Below, piece after piece: positions 40,377 through 51,252 of a stretch of DNA of 64,000 nt; the first letter of the stretch is position 1, and the number at the start of each line of letters is the position of its first letter. Origin of the DNA: a virus (taxonomy: Duplodnaviria > Caudoviricetes); the IMG/VR virus record IMGVR_UViG_3300036766_002286, one strand, 5' to 3'. Below the pieces are notes generated by a model. It saw only the letters and a list, made by a program, of their open reading frames with translations. It was not told the DNA's origin and made no database searches. Both the position numbers and the translations under genes were made by a program.

Positions 40377-41567
40377 TTAACAATAAGTAGTTGCAAAGCT
40401 TTTTGCATCCTCGGTAAGCTGCCCAATACCTGCAAATAATTTTCTATTATTCTGGATAGATAGACACGCAGTTTTATACCAGGCAGGTGCCGCTCTATAA
40501 GCCGCCACCACTTTCCATGTTCCTGGTATAACAATAGTAGGCTGAACTGTAATGTTCGTGGCCCAGACATTTCCGGACTCAACTTGAAATTTTATCGTTA
40601 CTACTGTTCCTAAATTTCCTGCCCGCATATCACTCCAAGGCCCTTGTCCGCTCCATAAGTTCCCTAGACCATAAAATACGGGTTTCCCATTTACAAGTTC
40701 AGCTGATTGCAGTACGTGTGCATGATGTCCTATTATAGCATCAACAGCCCCGCTTGCGGTAATACTCTTTGCTAACTCTTTTTGTTGGCTATTCGGTGTT
40801 TGCGAATACTCGGTCCCCCAGTGTATCGATACAATTACTATATCAGCGATTTTTTTCGCAGCCAAAGCATCCTTAATTATGGCACGCGCTTCTAGAAGAT
40901 TTATTATCCATGACTTATCTTTTGGTAGCATTATGCCGTTTGTAGAAAAAGTGTACGCTAAATGTGCCACAGTGATGCCATTAATTTCAAACATGCCTCT
41001 TCCGGCGTCTTCAGCATTTGTCCGCGTCCCAGCAGTCTGCATTCCCAGTTTTCTAAAAGTGTTTATGGTAGAAAATACTCCAGCACTACCCATATCTAAA
41101 GAATGATTAGATGCTGTGCTGCATCCATCAAAACCTACTTTTTTCAAGGACGTCGCAAGTTCACTTGGAATAGAAAATATAGGGTATCCTTGTGGCGCAA
41201 GATCCGTAAGAGGTGTTTCCATGTGACAAATATTTATATCAGCAGTAAGTATCTCAGTAAGTCCACTAAGTTCTTCATTAAAATCATAGCCTTTTTGAAC
41301 ACTTGCTCGTTTTACTAATGATGGGTGCGCTAGTATGTCACCACTAAAACCTATAATAACCTCTTTAGTGTCTATAGGTATCATTTTTATTTTTGCTATA
41401 AACTCATCATGCTTAGACATTTCTTTTTTGAAAAAAGCTGTATTTGTGACACCGCCAGAGTCATAGGCAAGCAGGCCTACCAGCAATACCCACGCATATT
41501 TTATTCGCATAGCTATATTATGCTTCACAAGCTTCTTGCGCCTATTGCTTATAAAAGATCTAAGCAA
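40377..41567 (-). CDS. CapA (PGA_cap) family metallophosphatase-like protein
   Basis: GDIL, HMETP, ASNHSLD, SIHWGTEY, GHHAHV and YGLGN motifs; N-terminal hydrophobic segment; start uncertain. Confidence 0.9.
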   Translation of the reverse strand: MLRSFISNRRKKLVKHNIAMRIKYAWVLLVGLLAYDSGGVTNTAFFKKEMSKHDEFIAKIKMIPIDTKEVIIGFSGDILAHPSLVKRASVQKGYDFNEELSGLTEILTADINICHMETPLTDLAPQGYPIFSIPSELATSLKKVGFDGCSTASNHSLDMGSAGVFSTINTFRKLGMQTAGTRTNAEDAGRGMFEINGITVAHLAYTFSTNGIMLPKDKSWIINLLEARAIIKDALAAKKIADIVIVSIHWGTEYSQTPNSQQKELAKSITASGAVDAIIGHHAHVLQSAELVNGKPVFYGLGNLWSGQGPWSDMRAGNLGTVVTIKFQVESGNVWATNITVQPTIVIPGTWKVVAAYRAAPAWYKTACLSIQNNRKLFAGIGQLTEDAKSFATTYC

Positions 41568-41609
41568 GCTTGTTGTTTTTCGTCATAATAGGGCACTGTA
41601 TTATATTAT

Positions 41610-41993
41610 ATGAAAAATAAGGATAAAAAAGATATAAAAAGCACCCACCCCTCCGCCTGGCACAGACATACTATACAGCATGTTAACACACTAATGTATT
41701 ATGATGGAGTTCAGCTTTTTGATGCTCAAGATTCTTCTGGTAAGTACTATGTAGCTATCAATAATACTAGCAACGATCTTATAACTCAACATGATGAATA
41801 TATTGTAATCGAGGTAGTTTTAGAAGATCTGGAAAAATTTCGCGAAGGACTTATAGATTCAGGCACTCTTCTAGACTCTCGTCCTAGTAGTGTATGGTTT
41901 CTTGCTCGTTTTGTAAACGATCTTGCCGCACCTATAGTTATAGAAGCTCAAACTTCGCCACTACCCGCATTCCCTAGAGGCGTTATTTTATGA
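41610..41993 (+). CDS. Hypothetical protein
   Basis: 127 aa with YYDGVQLF motif. Confidence 0.7.
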   Translation: MKNKDKKDIKSTHPSAWHRHTIQHVNTLMYYDGVQLFDAQDSSGKYYVAINNTSNDLITQHDEYIVIEVVLEDLEKFREGLIDSGTLLDSRPSSVWFLARFVNDLAAPIVIEAQTSPLPAFPRGVIL

Positions 41994-42014
41994 GTCAGTA
42001 AAAGGAGATATTTT

Positions 42015-42446
42015 ATGGGAAAATACGCTAAAGACCTGCCGATAGATATAGCTGTTGGCGATGTGCTTCGTGTGCGTACTTATGAAGGGCTCTATAGAAA
42101 TCCAGAAACACGCCACTACACACCCACACCAAAATTTGAAGGCAACACTACGGTTCTTTCAACTATACCAATGCCGTGGGTTGTTCGTCTAGGGCCTCGT
42201 TGGGAAGTAGTATTAGCTTGTTTTCCTAGAACAGTTTTTTACTGCAAGCTGCGCAGATGTGAACACAGACTATATGATAGGAGGGCCTCTTTTTCTAACG
42301 AAGATGAACTTGTGCTATTATTAGATCGCGCCGATCCTCTACGGCCTTATGGATCATCCGGGCCTACTTTTAAAGAAGCTTTAGAAATGTCTTTAGACGT
42401 TTTTGCTCTTAGTGAAGGTATTGACGATATTACTTGGGAATGGTAA
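42015..42446 (+). CDS. Hypothetical protein
   Basis: AAGGAG RBS; 143 aa. Confidence 0.75.
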   Translation: MGKYAKDLPIDIAVGDVLRVRTYEGLYRNPETRHYTPTPKFEGNTTVLSTIPMPWVVRLGPRWEVVLACFPRTVFYCKLRRCEHRLYDRRASFSNEDELVLLLDRADPLRPYGSSGPTFKEALEMSLDVFALSEGIDDITWEW

Positions 42447-42641
42447 AAAATAGCTGCCTCTTAATATTATTATCCTAGAGGACGCTGAACATATGCTGTG
42501 GTTCATAGAACACTCAAGAAGTAAGTAAGCCTAAATATCTTAAAACTCTTCCAACAGGTTTATCTCCTAACCTCCATGCATATACTAATATATTATGTAT
42601 AGTACATTATTATGAGACTAACTATCTAGGAGAATAACAGT

Positions 42642-42872
42642 ATGGATACTAATGATTTATACAGACAACTACAGCGTCTCTCAGAAGAGTTTCGCGAATT
42701 CCAAGATAAACTTGGAGGCGAGCGCCTCACCAGAATCAAAAGCCTGGAAGAGCAGGTTGAAAATCTACAACGTGAAAATAAGCAAAAAACCCAAGCGATA
42801 TCAGATCTATCAGCCAAAGTAGAAAACCTTTCTATACGCGCAGCTGGAGTCCTTCGTCCCTCCCAACAGTAA
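42642..42872 (+). CDS. Small coiled-coil protein
   Basis: AGGAG RBS; heptad pattern. Confidence 0.7.
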   Translation: MDTNDLYRQLQRLSEEFREFQDKLGGERLTRIKSLEEQVENLQRENKQKTQAISDLSAKVENLSIRAAGVLRPSQQ

Positions 42873-42951
42873 TATTATATGAAGATTTCCAGCAGAAACT
42901 GTGTCCCAGTATAGCTTATAAACCGCATAACACTATGCATTTATATCGCTA

Positions 42952-42986
42952 TTGCATAAAATATAGTCTCGGTAACTATATTATAT
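42952..42986 (+). promoter_or_regulatory. Putative leaderless promoter TTGCAT-16bp-AACTAT-7bp-ATG
   Basis: Recurring motif. Confidence 0.55.
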
Positions 42987-43775
42987 ATGTTCAACACTTT
43001 ATTTCACAAATTATTAAGTTCTCTCGGTGCTCTTCTTATCAGCGGTCTAGCTATATTAATCTTCTTCAGTTCCACGGTTTTAGCCGAACCAATTTCTAAG
43101 CCGCCCATTCAAGAAATTCTCGTAATAGGGTACTCCACAAAAGGCGTGCCTGTTATCGCCAAACGCTACGGCAATCTCGGTGGTAAAGTTGTTGTTGCTA
43201 TTGGTTCTATTCATGGTAACGAAAAATCTGGATTAAGTATTACAAAAGCATTAGCAGCTCTTGGCGAAAAACAAGGATACACTTTATGGATTATTGATCG
43301 CGCCAATCCTGATGGGACTGCTTTAGACCAAAGGGGGAATGCACGCGGAGTAGATCTTAATCGTAATTTTAATGTAGGTTGGAAAAAAATTCCATGTATA
43401 AGTTCTGCAAAAAACTGCTCCGGTCCCTATTCAATGTCCGAGCCAGAGACCACAGCCCTAGCTGCTTTTATGCTTCAGGTTCAGCCTCGTATGGTGATTT
43501 TTTACCACTCAGTCGGTAATACTATAGATACTTATACAGCTGCTGTTGCCTCGCCTAAAGCTCTGGCTGTCTACAGCAAAGTATCAGGTATACCAAGAGG
43601 CACAGTATCTTGCGGCCCAGCCGGATGTACAGGCACCGCAACTAAGTATATTTTTACAAACATTCCAACATCAACACCATTTGTTATTGAACTTCCTTGT
43701 GATTCTAAATGTCTAACTCCAACAGACATTCAACGCCACGTTCGCGCCTTTTGGGCCGCAGCCGCACAGGCGTAG
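42987..43775 (+). CDS. Secreted M14-family zinc carboxypeptidase (MpaA-like)
   Basis: Signal peptide; HGNE, NPDG, RGNARGVDLNRNF, EPET, YHS and IEL motifs. Confidence 0.9.
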   Translation: MFNTLFHKLLSSLGALLISGLAILIFFSSTVLAEPISKPPIQEILVIGYSTKGVPVIAKRYGNLGGKVVVAIGSIHGNEKSGLSITKALAALGEKQGYTLWIIDRANPDGTALDQRGNARGVDLNRNFNVGWKKIPCISSAKNCSGPYSMSEPETTALAAFMLQVQPRMVIFYHSVGNTIDTYTAAVASPKALAVYSKVSGIPRGTVSCGPAGCTGTATKYIFTNIPTSTPFVIELPCDSKCLTPTDIQRHVRAFWAAAAQA

Positions 43776-43878
43776 TTACTTTCCATTCTAGATTTCGTTC
43801 TTTATTTAAGTATATAAAGTTCTTGGCTCTTATATTGCCAGATTAACATAAATAAGTACAGACTGTCTTACAAGTTCA

Positions 43879-44646
43879 TTATTTACGAGGGTTTCTGCTA
43901 TCATCCGGCATAGTAGTGCCTTCCGTGGCCGCTTTACTAAAATCAGTATAACTTGTTATTGCTTTTAGTAGATTAGCCCCGCGTAGGTTAGTGTTTTCCA
44001 GGTTTGTTCTTATCAGCTTTGCTTTAAACATGTTTGACCGCTCTAAGTCAGCATTTGTCAGATCTGCTTCTATAAATACCGCTTTTTGTAGGTCGCCTAA
44101 ACTAAGATTCGCATATGTGAGATTTGCACCTGTAAAATCTGCGTGTCGAGCTCTTATTCCTACCATAACTGCCGCAGTTAGGTCCGCTCTCGCCAGGGTT
44201 GCCTCACACATCTCTGCTTCATTAAAGTGCGCTTGGATTAAGGTAGCTTTATTCATATTTGCTCCAGTAAAGCGCGCATGGCGTGCTGATATATTAGAAA
44301 GGTTTGCAGAAAGTAGAGTTGTCCTACAAAAGTCTGCAGAATGTGTATTAGCATGAAAAAGATTTACACATGATAAGTCAGCTTCTGATAAAGATGTCAT
44401 ATACATCTGTGCTCCTGACAAGTCAGCATTAGTTAGATTGGCACCACGCATGCTTGCATGACTCAAATCAGCCCCCGCCAGGTTCGCTCCCATCAACTTA
44501 GTTTTCTCCAGATTGGTGCGCGATAGGTCCATATCATGCATATCTATATCAGGTAAGTTTAATCCAGACAGATCCGCGCCTGCTAAGCTTTTTCCTGCTT
44601 TTATATATTCCATAACATCATTTCTGTCTAATCTAAAAATATTCAT
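43879..44646 (-). CDS. Pentapeptide repeat protein (dispersed copy)
   Basis: N-cap LDRNDVMEYI, pentapeptide repeats and C-cap MPDD. Confidence 0.95.
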   Translation of the reverse strand: MNIFRLDRNDVMEYIKAGKSLAGADLSGLNLPDIDMHDMDLSRTNLEKTKLMGANLAGADLSHASMRGANLTNADLSGAQMYMTSLSEADLSCVNLFHANTHSADFCRTTLLSANLSNISARHARFTGANMNKATLIQAHFNEAEMCEATLARADLTAAVMVGIRARHADFTGANLTYANLSLGDLQKAVFIEADLTNADLERSNMFKAKLIRTNLENTNLRGANLLKAITSYTDFSKAATEGTTMPDDSRNPRK

Positions 44647-44880
44647 ACGTATCCACTGTCTGTTTATTTATAATAAATCATAATAGCATATTACTATGTG
44701 CCAACTAGTAAAAATAGCTTTTATACACAAACAACGCAATAACCACTATATAATTAATATTTCGTGTATTTCATCATAATATTTAATTTTTTATCATAAA
44801 ATATATGTTAAAGATCCGTGCATTTTCAGTTATTTCCAGTACAATATATAATATAATATATCATAGACACGGAGTATTTT

Positions 44881-45177
44881 ATGAGTAATGAAGTGATTTG
44901 GACCTGGATTCTATTAGGCTGCGAGCTAGTAGGTGTTGTAGGCATGCTTCTTATAGGTGCTCGTAGGGCCTCAGGCTGGGGCTGGCTGCTCGTTGTGGCC
45001 CATTCTATACCCTGGCTCGTTTATTCTATTGCTTTCAACAAGCCCGGCTTCATTGCTATGAGCGCTATGTGGATTATTGTCCATACCCGCAACATGCACC
45101 TGTGGCACCGCCACACAAAGTTATCTACTTCTAATTCTTCAGTCTTGTGTGAAGCATGCAGTACTGAGCTTGTCTAA
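44881..45177 (+). CDS. Small membrane protein
   Basis: GGAG RBS; three hydrophobic segments. Confidence 0.75.
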   Translation: MSNEVIWTWILLGCELVGVVGMLLIGARRASGWGWLLVVAHSIPWLVYSIAFNKPGFIAMSAMWIIVHTRNMHLWHRHTKLSTSNSSVLCEACSTELV

Positions 45178-45216
45178 AGGCTATCCAAGTACCATAAATG
45201 GTATAAATATTATCAA

Positions 45217-46521
45217 CTATTCGTAGCGCAGGGCCTCTACCGGGTCCAGGTTAGCAGCTCTGCGCGCCGGCAACAGCCCCGCTAACATGCCTATCAGCGT
45301 GGTGACTATAATTACTATGAGGCTAATTCCTACGGGCACGCTTACCACATTGCGTGCACTCACTCCGCTGTCTATAAGTTGGTTATCGAGTATCTTGTTT
45401 ACTAGCAGAACTACGCCGAAAGATAGAGTTACCCCTATTACGCCGCCTATAAAACCTAAGATACTAGCTTCAATAGTAAATAAGCGTCTTATAGTCTTTT
45501 TGGTAGCTCCGATTGCGCGCATTATACCAATTTCTCGTGTGCGCTCTAGGATGGACATTACCAGTGTATTTATTACTCCTACGGCTGCAACTAATAGTGC
45601 TATGGCGCCAATTCCGCCCAGGACTGCTCCAATAATAGTGAATGCTGTTTGTTGAGCCTTTATCTCGTCTCGTCCGTTTGCTGCTCCTACTTTCAGGGCT
45701 TTTATATCAAGCATTACTTGGGTGATGTTTTTCTTGTTGTCAACACTTACATAAATGCTCGGATACCCGTTACGAGATAAGTTATTTTCTGTTACACATA
45801 TGGGTTACGTATTTGGACCGCCCCCGCTGCAGCGTTCAAAGCTTGGATCTAGAGTTTCGGCTAAGGCCGAAGTCATTTCTATTGATTTTTCACCATCTGT
45901 GTTAGCAATTCCAATAATAGTTAAAGTAATGGACGCTATAGTTATGCCCATATCTTTTCTTGGGTTCAAGGTAATTATTAAACCTATTGCTGAGTCGTAA
46001 GCTTTCTTGTATCCAAGTTCATCGGCTAGTCCTGTTGAAATAATTATCCCATTTGAATTATCAGAGTCTGCTAACGGCCGCCCGGCCGCCATTTCTCTGA
46101 TGCTTGTACCATTAGGCTTGTATCCTACAATCTGTATGTTTTTTAGGGAAAGCTCAGCATTACCAGCGACAAGCGATTCAAAGTTTTGTACACTTAAATA
46201 TGGGGTAACGCTATTAATGTGTGCAATTTTTTCTAACTCAGCCACTAAAGTTTCAGTTAATTTGGTTCCTGTTCCGTCACTCCAGTTACTGTAGCTAGCT
46301 TCCCGGTAGCTAACGCCCGTGTTTGGGGTAACTATTATGCGTCGGTCTTCTCCAGTTTTTTCAAAAGAGGTAGTTAGAAAGCTTTTTGCACTCGTAACTA
46401 ATGATAGCATTACTGTTACTGATACTGATCCTATAACTATTGCAAATATGGTCAGAATGGTACGCATTTTCTGGCGTCTCAGGTTGCGTCCTCCAGTCTT
46501 AATTTGATCGCTTATTTTCAT
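45217..46521 (-). pseudogene. MacB/FtsX-like ABC permease with one in-frame TAA (45805-45807)
   Basis: The two ORFs share a frame and the sequence between them is open (PNT*PICVTENN...). ERTREIGIMRAIGA and PARRAANLDPVEALRYE motifs. Confidence 0.88.
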
Positions 46522-47269
46522 AGTGCTGTCCCGTTTTCTGTAAGTTTTCCGTCTCTAATTGTGAGTACTCGCGTAGCTTTATTAGCTATTGTAAAGTCAT
46601 GGGTGATTATAATTAAGGTAATACCGTATTCAGCATTCAAGCGTATTAGCTCTCCCAGAACCTCTTTTCCTCGAGCCGAATCCAGGTTCCCAGTCGGTTC
46701 GTCAGCAATTATTATTGCAGGGTTTTTAATCAGCGCGCGTGCAATGGCTACTCGTTGGCGTTGTCCGCCTGATAGTTCTGTTGGTTTATGTTTTGCTCTG
46801 TCTGCTATACCTATTTTTGTTAAAGCCGCCATACCAAGTTCGCGCCACTGTTTTTTGTTTCCTTTTCCTCCTATTATTAAAGGCGCTATAACGTTTTCTA
46901 ATGCCGTTTCATGTGTTTGTAGGTTGAAAGACTGAAACACAAAGCCTATATAAGAATTGCGGTAGTTGGACAGTTTCTTGTCCCGCGCACTAGTCAAGTC
47001 CAAGCCATCTACTATTACTCCGCCAGCGTCTGGTTTATCCAAACCCCTATCACGTTTGCCAGTGTAGATTTCCCAGATCCAGACGGCCCTGTAATAGCTA
47101 TAAAGTCACCCCGATTTATGGTTAAAGATATACCATCTAAGGCAGCTATGGTTTCACCGCCTAGTTTATATTTTTTTACCAAATTTAGGCATTCTATGAA
47201 AGGTTTTTCGCTGCTCTCCGTTGTTTTATTAAGTATATAATCACGTATAGTATCATTTTTTTCTAACAT
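46518..47269 (-). pseudogene. LolD/MacB-like ABC ATPase, frameshifted near 47045
   Basis: GPSGSGKST lies in one frame; LSGGQRQR and ADEPTGNLD lie in another. Adding one G to the G4 run restores IGGLDKPD. Confidence 0.88.
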
Positions 47270-47357
47270 TCAGCCCGTCCTCGCCAAGATTGTATTGTGG
47301 GCTCCAAGCTATATTTAGCAAGTAGGTGTTTTTCTAGTGTTTAGTAGCCGTCTTCTG

Positions 47358-47908
47358 CTATACGATATTTTTCAATAGATGTCTACCAAGCGTCCCGTCC
47401 GGCATTATTGTGTCTTCTAAATTTGCTTCCATTATATTTGCAGAATAAGGTTTGCTTTTAAAAATATGGCATCCCAAAGCTGAGCGCCTTTCAAGTTTGC
47501 GCCTATTAGATTAGCCCCCACGAAATTGGCATCCGGGCAAAAAGCGTTTTCAAGGTTCACATAAGATAAATCGGCGCCTTCCAAATCAGCATTAAGGAGT
47601 CTCACCCCGATCATATTAGTTGCACTCAGATCTGCTCCGTGTAAATTAGTCCTTTCCAGCAAAGACATACATAGGTTAGCACCTTTTAACCTGCTGAAAG
47701 ATAAATTCGCGTTTCTAATAGCACAATAAGACAAGTTTGCGTAAGTAAAGTCAGTGTCTGAGAGGTTCGCGCCATACAAGTTACAGCGGGAAAAATCACT
47801 TCCAGCCAAGTCCACACCAGTAAGACAAACTCTGCCATTTTGTATAGTTTGGGCGAGCGTCATAACTTCCCCATCTCTAGTTACATATTCGATAGCTGAT
47901 TTAGTCAT
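47358..47908 (-). pseudogene. Pentapeptide repeat protein (array #21), frameshift near 47448
   Basis: N-cap EYVTRDG; the tail ANIMEANLEDTIMPDGTLGR lies in another frame, stop at 47358-47360. Confidence 0.85.
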
Positions 47909-47921
47909 TTTACTCTTGATT

Positions 47922-48539
47922 TCATGGTAAGTTATAATAGTTTAATAATCTTGTTTGCACCAAACCATCTGGCATTATTACAATTTCTAAGTTAGCTTCT
48001 TCAATGTTTGTATTTCGAAGGTTCGCTTTGAAAAATGTCACCAGCTTAAAACTAGCATACTTGAAGTTAGCTCCTCTAAAGTCTACTCCCCCAAATAAAG
48101 CTCCCTCACAGGTAACATTTTCCAGATTCACTCCTACCATCGTAGCTCCATCTAAATTGGTACTATCAAGATTTGCATTAGTCAAATTCGCACCCGTCAA
48201 GTCCGATCCGCGCATGTCAGCACAACTAAGGTTTGTGCCAGTTAAGTTCGCATCTAAGAAAGTAGCACCTCTTACGCTAGCATGTCTTAAACTAGCATAA
48301 CTAAGGTCTGCTCTATTTAATGTAGCCCCTGTTAAATTAGCATATCTTAAAAGAGCTTGATTAAGATTCGCCTCGGATAGCTTGCTATTTGCCAGATTAA
48401 CGTTGAATAGGTCAGCATTACTAAAATCAGCTCCGACTAGGTCCATATCAGCTAAACATATATTATCATCAAAGGTGTGGCGTTCTAGTACTATTATTTC
48501 CCCATCTCTGCTCAAGTATCGAACGTCTGGATTTTTCAT
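47922..48539 (-). CDS. Pentapeptide repeat protein (array #20)
   Basis: RYLSRDG ... MPDG. Confidence 0.95.
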   Translation of the reverse strand: MKNPDVRYLSRDGEIIVLERHTFDDNICLADMDLVGADFSNADLFNVNLANSKLSEANLNQALLRYANLTGATLNRADLSYASLRHASVRGATFLDANLTGTNLSCADMRGSDLTGANLTNANLDSTNLDGATMVGVNLENVTCEGALFGGVDFRGANFKYASFKLVTFFKANLRNTNIEEANLEIVIMPDGLVQTRLLNYYNLP

Positions 48540-48544
48540 TTTAT

Positions 48545-49084
48545 TTAACTGTGATTTGTCCCAGTCGGCATACTAGCACCTTCAAGTATTACGCCACGCA
48601 GGTCTGTCTGAAAAAGGTTCGCCTTAAATAATGTCGCCCAAGTCAGATTAGCATTTTGAAGAGTAGCTCCCTTAAGATCCGCCCCCACAAATTTTGTCAT
48701 CCAGCACCCAGCCCCAGTCAAATTAGCGCCTCTAAGATTCGCACCTTCAAAATTAGCGTTGTGAAGCACCGCATATTTCAAGCTAGTCGAAGTTAGGTCA
48801 GCATTTTTAAGGTCGGCTCCGTATAAATCAGCAAAATCAAGATTTGCATCAGTTAAGTTACTGTTGGTGAGCTTACTAAATTTCAAATTAACTTTACTAA
48901 AGTTAGCCCCGGTCAGATCCGACCCTTGCAAATAAGCCCCATCTAGGTTGATGTTTCTAAAATCCGCACCTTTCAGATCCATATAAGGCATACACACGTC
49001 ATCAGGGTATGGATATGATGAACCACAGAGTACTAGTTTTACTTTTAGACCGTCTCTGCTCAAATATTCATCTTTGTTTTTCAT
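48545..49084 (-). CDS. Pentapeptide repeat protein (array #19)
   Basis: EYLSRDG ... MPTG. Confidence 0.95.
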   Translation of the reverse strand: MKNKDEYLSRDGLKVKLVLCGSSYPYPDDVCMPYMDLKGADFRNINLDGAYLQGSDLTGANFSKVNLKFSKLTNSNLTDANLDFADLYGADLKNADLTSTSLKYAVLHNANFEGANLRGANLTGAGCWMTKFVGADLKGATLQNANLTWATLFKANLFQTDLRGVILEGASMPTGTNHS

Positions 49085-49130
49085 TCCACTCCCTCCTAAT
49101 ACTATTACCGCTTTTACATGTTTTAGTATA

Positions 49131-49664
49131 TTATATATGTACAGTTCCGTCTGGCATTATGCATCCCATCATTCGAGCGCCTGTAAAATCAGTTCCAATA
49201 ATATTGGCTCCACGCAAGTCAGCATATTCTAGGTTCACGTCGCGCAACGTTGCTTTAAATAAATTTGCTTTGTGAAACTCTGCTTTGTATAAATTTGCGC
49301 CACGCAGCGTTGCGTGTCTTAGGTCACAACCAGTCCAGTTGCTATGGTCACATGCAGCTTTCTCTAAGTTCGCGTAGCTCAAGTTTGCTCCCTCTAAGCA
49401 GGAACGTGCAAGCCGTGCTTCTTTCAAAGTTCCTTCAGTTAAATTGGCAGATGTTAAATTAGCACGCGCTAGCTTGGCCCCATTGAAATTAGTTTTCCTA
49501 GGGTCTCTGTCTACAAGACAAATATTATACACGTCTGTAAAACTTAAATTAGCCCCTGCTAGATCTACCCCCACTAAATGCGCACAGACTCCTCTTTCAT
49601 CTAGCTCTGAGCTTATTATTTTCCCAGTTGCGCTCGCAAACTCTGATCTAAGTTCTCTAGGCAT
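49131..49664 (-). CDS. Pentapeptide repeat protein (array #18)
   Basis: Start MPREL overlaps the upstream gene end; ends MPDGTVHI. Confidence 0.95.
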   Translation of the reverse strand: MPRELRSEFASATGKIISSELDERGVCAHLVGVDLAGANLSFTDVYNICLVDRDPRKTNFNGAKLARANLTSANLTEGTLKEARLARSCLEGANLSYANLEKAACDHSNWTGCDLRHATLRGANLYKAEFHKANLFKATLRDVNLEYADLRGANIIGTDFTGARMMGCIMPDGTVHI

Positions 49665-50196
49665 GTATAACACCATCTGGCATTATACATCCCGCCATAT
49701 AAGCACCCTTAAAGTCAGTTTCGATAATGTTGGCTCCAATCAAATTAGCCTTCTCTATGCTAGCGTACCTTAAGGTTGCTTTAAACAGATTTGCTTTAAC
49801 CAGGCTTGCCCCCTGAAGATGTGCATTTTTAAAGTTTGTATAACTCAAGTCAGCTCCTCTGAAATTACTATCATAGCACCAAGCGTACTCTAAATTTGCA
49901 CGAGCAAAATTTGCACCCTCTAAATTAGCATGTGCTATATTTGTACACCACAAATCAGCTCCCCGTAAGTCAGCATTACTTAAATTGGCATGGGGAAGAT
50001 AAGCATTTTTAAAGTTCGCATCGCAAAGGTTGCTGTGCGACAGGTCTGCTACCATCAAGTAACAATCAGTAAAATCACAACCACTCAGATCCATGTTCGC
50101 AAGTCCATGGCACACCCCAAATTCATTCACCTCTAAGCTAATCACTATACCTTCTCTGGTTGTGTACTGCGTTCTTAGTTTTTGAGATTTAGTCAT
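49657..50196 (-). CDS. Pentapeptide repeat protein (array #17)
   Basis: QYTTREG ... MPDGVIHA. Confidence 0.95.
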   Translation of the reverse strand: MTKSQKLRTQYTTREGIVISLEVNEFGVCHGLANMDLSGCDFTDCYLMVADLSHSNLCDANFKNAYLPHANLSNADLRGADLWCTNIAHANLEGANFARANLEYAWCYDSNFRGADLSYTNFKNAHLQGASLVKANLFKATLRYASIEKANLIGANIIETDFKGAYMAGCIMPDGVIHA

Positions 50197-50704
50197 GTAT
50201 GCTCCCGTCTGGCATTATGCATCCCCGCAAGTCAGCATCCATGAAATCAGCTCCAATAATATTTGCACCCGTCAAATCACTTCCCCGCATATCAGCATAT
50301 ACAAAACTACACTTAAATAAGTTTGCTTTACGAAAGTCTGTATTAGAAATAAGTGCCCAAGTAAAGCTCGCATATTTTAAGTCTGCTCCTCGAAAATTAG
50401 TATGTGAGCACCAAGCCTTATCTAAGGCTGCATAAGCTAAAGTCGCACCCTCTAAATTAGCCCCAAGAAGATGTGCGTGCGTCAAGTTGCATTTAGTCAA
50501 ATCTGCGCCAACCATAATAGTGTGGTTAAGAGACGCCTGGGATAGACCACTAGCTGTTAAGTCTGCTCCTGTTAGATTTATATAATCGAAATTTGTTCCC
50601 ACTAAATCCTTGTTCGCTAATCCTATGCAGATTCCGGCCTCATTACGATCTAGAGCAACCCTGGCCCCGGCACGAGTAGTATATTCCGCCCCCATGTTAG
50701 CCAT
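50189..50704 (-). CDS. Pentapeptide repeat protein (array #16)
   Basis: EYTTRAG ... MPDGSIHD. Confidence 0.95.
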   Translation of the reverse strand: MANMGAEYTTRAGARVALDRNEAGICIGLANKDLVGTNFDYINLTGADLTASGLSQASLNHTIMVGADLTKCNLTHAHLLGANLEGATLAYAALDKAWCSHTNFRGADLKYASFTWALISNTDFRKANLFKCSFVYADMRGSDLTGANIIGADFMDADLRGCIMPDGSIHD

Positions 50705-51155
50705 GTATGCTCCCGTCTGGCATTATACATCCATGCATTACTGTCTCATCAAAAATGCAGTTTATAATGTTTGCACCAGTTAAAACAGCCAAACTAAGAT
50801 CTGTTCTGCACATAGTTACTCCCAGCAGGTTTGCTTTCGTAAATATAGCCCCTCTACATGAAGCGTAGCTTAAATCACATCCAGCCATGTTAGCGCCAGA
50901 AAAATTCGCTCCCACCAAACTAGCCCTTTTTAAGCTCGTGTTACACATTTCTGCACCCTCAAAATTGGCATACGGCATCTTAATGTCCGCCAGCATCATA
51001 TTAGACAAGTTCACACCACGCACATTAATGTCACTCGATAAACCCACTTCAGCCCCAGACAACACCCGCACACCCTCTCTGCCTGCAACTGCGTAAGCTA
51101 AGACTTCCTCACGGGTAAACAAAATCGTATGGCGGCCAATTTTATATTTGCTCAA
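50697..51155 (-). CDS. Pentapeptide repeat protein (array #15)
   Basis: FTREEVL ... MPDGSIHG; TTG start with AAGGAG RBS. Confidence 0.93.
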   Translation of the reverse strand: MSKYKIGRHTILFTREEVLAYAVAGREGVRVLSGAEVGLSSDINVRGVNLSNMMLADIKMPYANFEGAEMCNTSLKRASLVGANFSGANMAGCDLSYASCRGAIFTKANLLGVTMCRTDLSLAVLTGANIINCIFDETVMHGCIMPDGSIHG

Positions 51156-51186
51156 TTTGCTCTCCTTTTAGACTCACTACTCATCT

Positions 51187-51203
51187 ATACTATTGCCGGC
51201 TAA
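51187..51203 (-). promoter_or_regulatory. Conserved internal promoter-like motif TTA(G/A)CC(G/C)GCAATAGTAT
   Basis: Also at 51995-52011 and 53073-53089 (partial at 49099-49111), each in an intergenic gap of the array. Confidence 0.65.
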
Positions 51204-51252
51204 CCTGCAAGACAAAGCATCTTACGCAACTGCAACACGCTCCACCACCAGC

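Noticed and set aside
39718-45807. Stop-codon reassignment suggested by in-frame stops and an altered RF1
   Set aside because: The internal stops are of two kinds (TAA and TGA) and rare. TAA, TAG and TGA all terminate full-length conserved genes in the window.
49115-49150. Self-targeting of another PRP gene end by the copy 2 guide
   Set aside because: The best match (CTGT-ACATATATAATATACT) mismatches the predicted TAM, the first guide base and the distal half.
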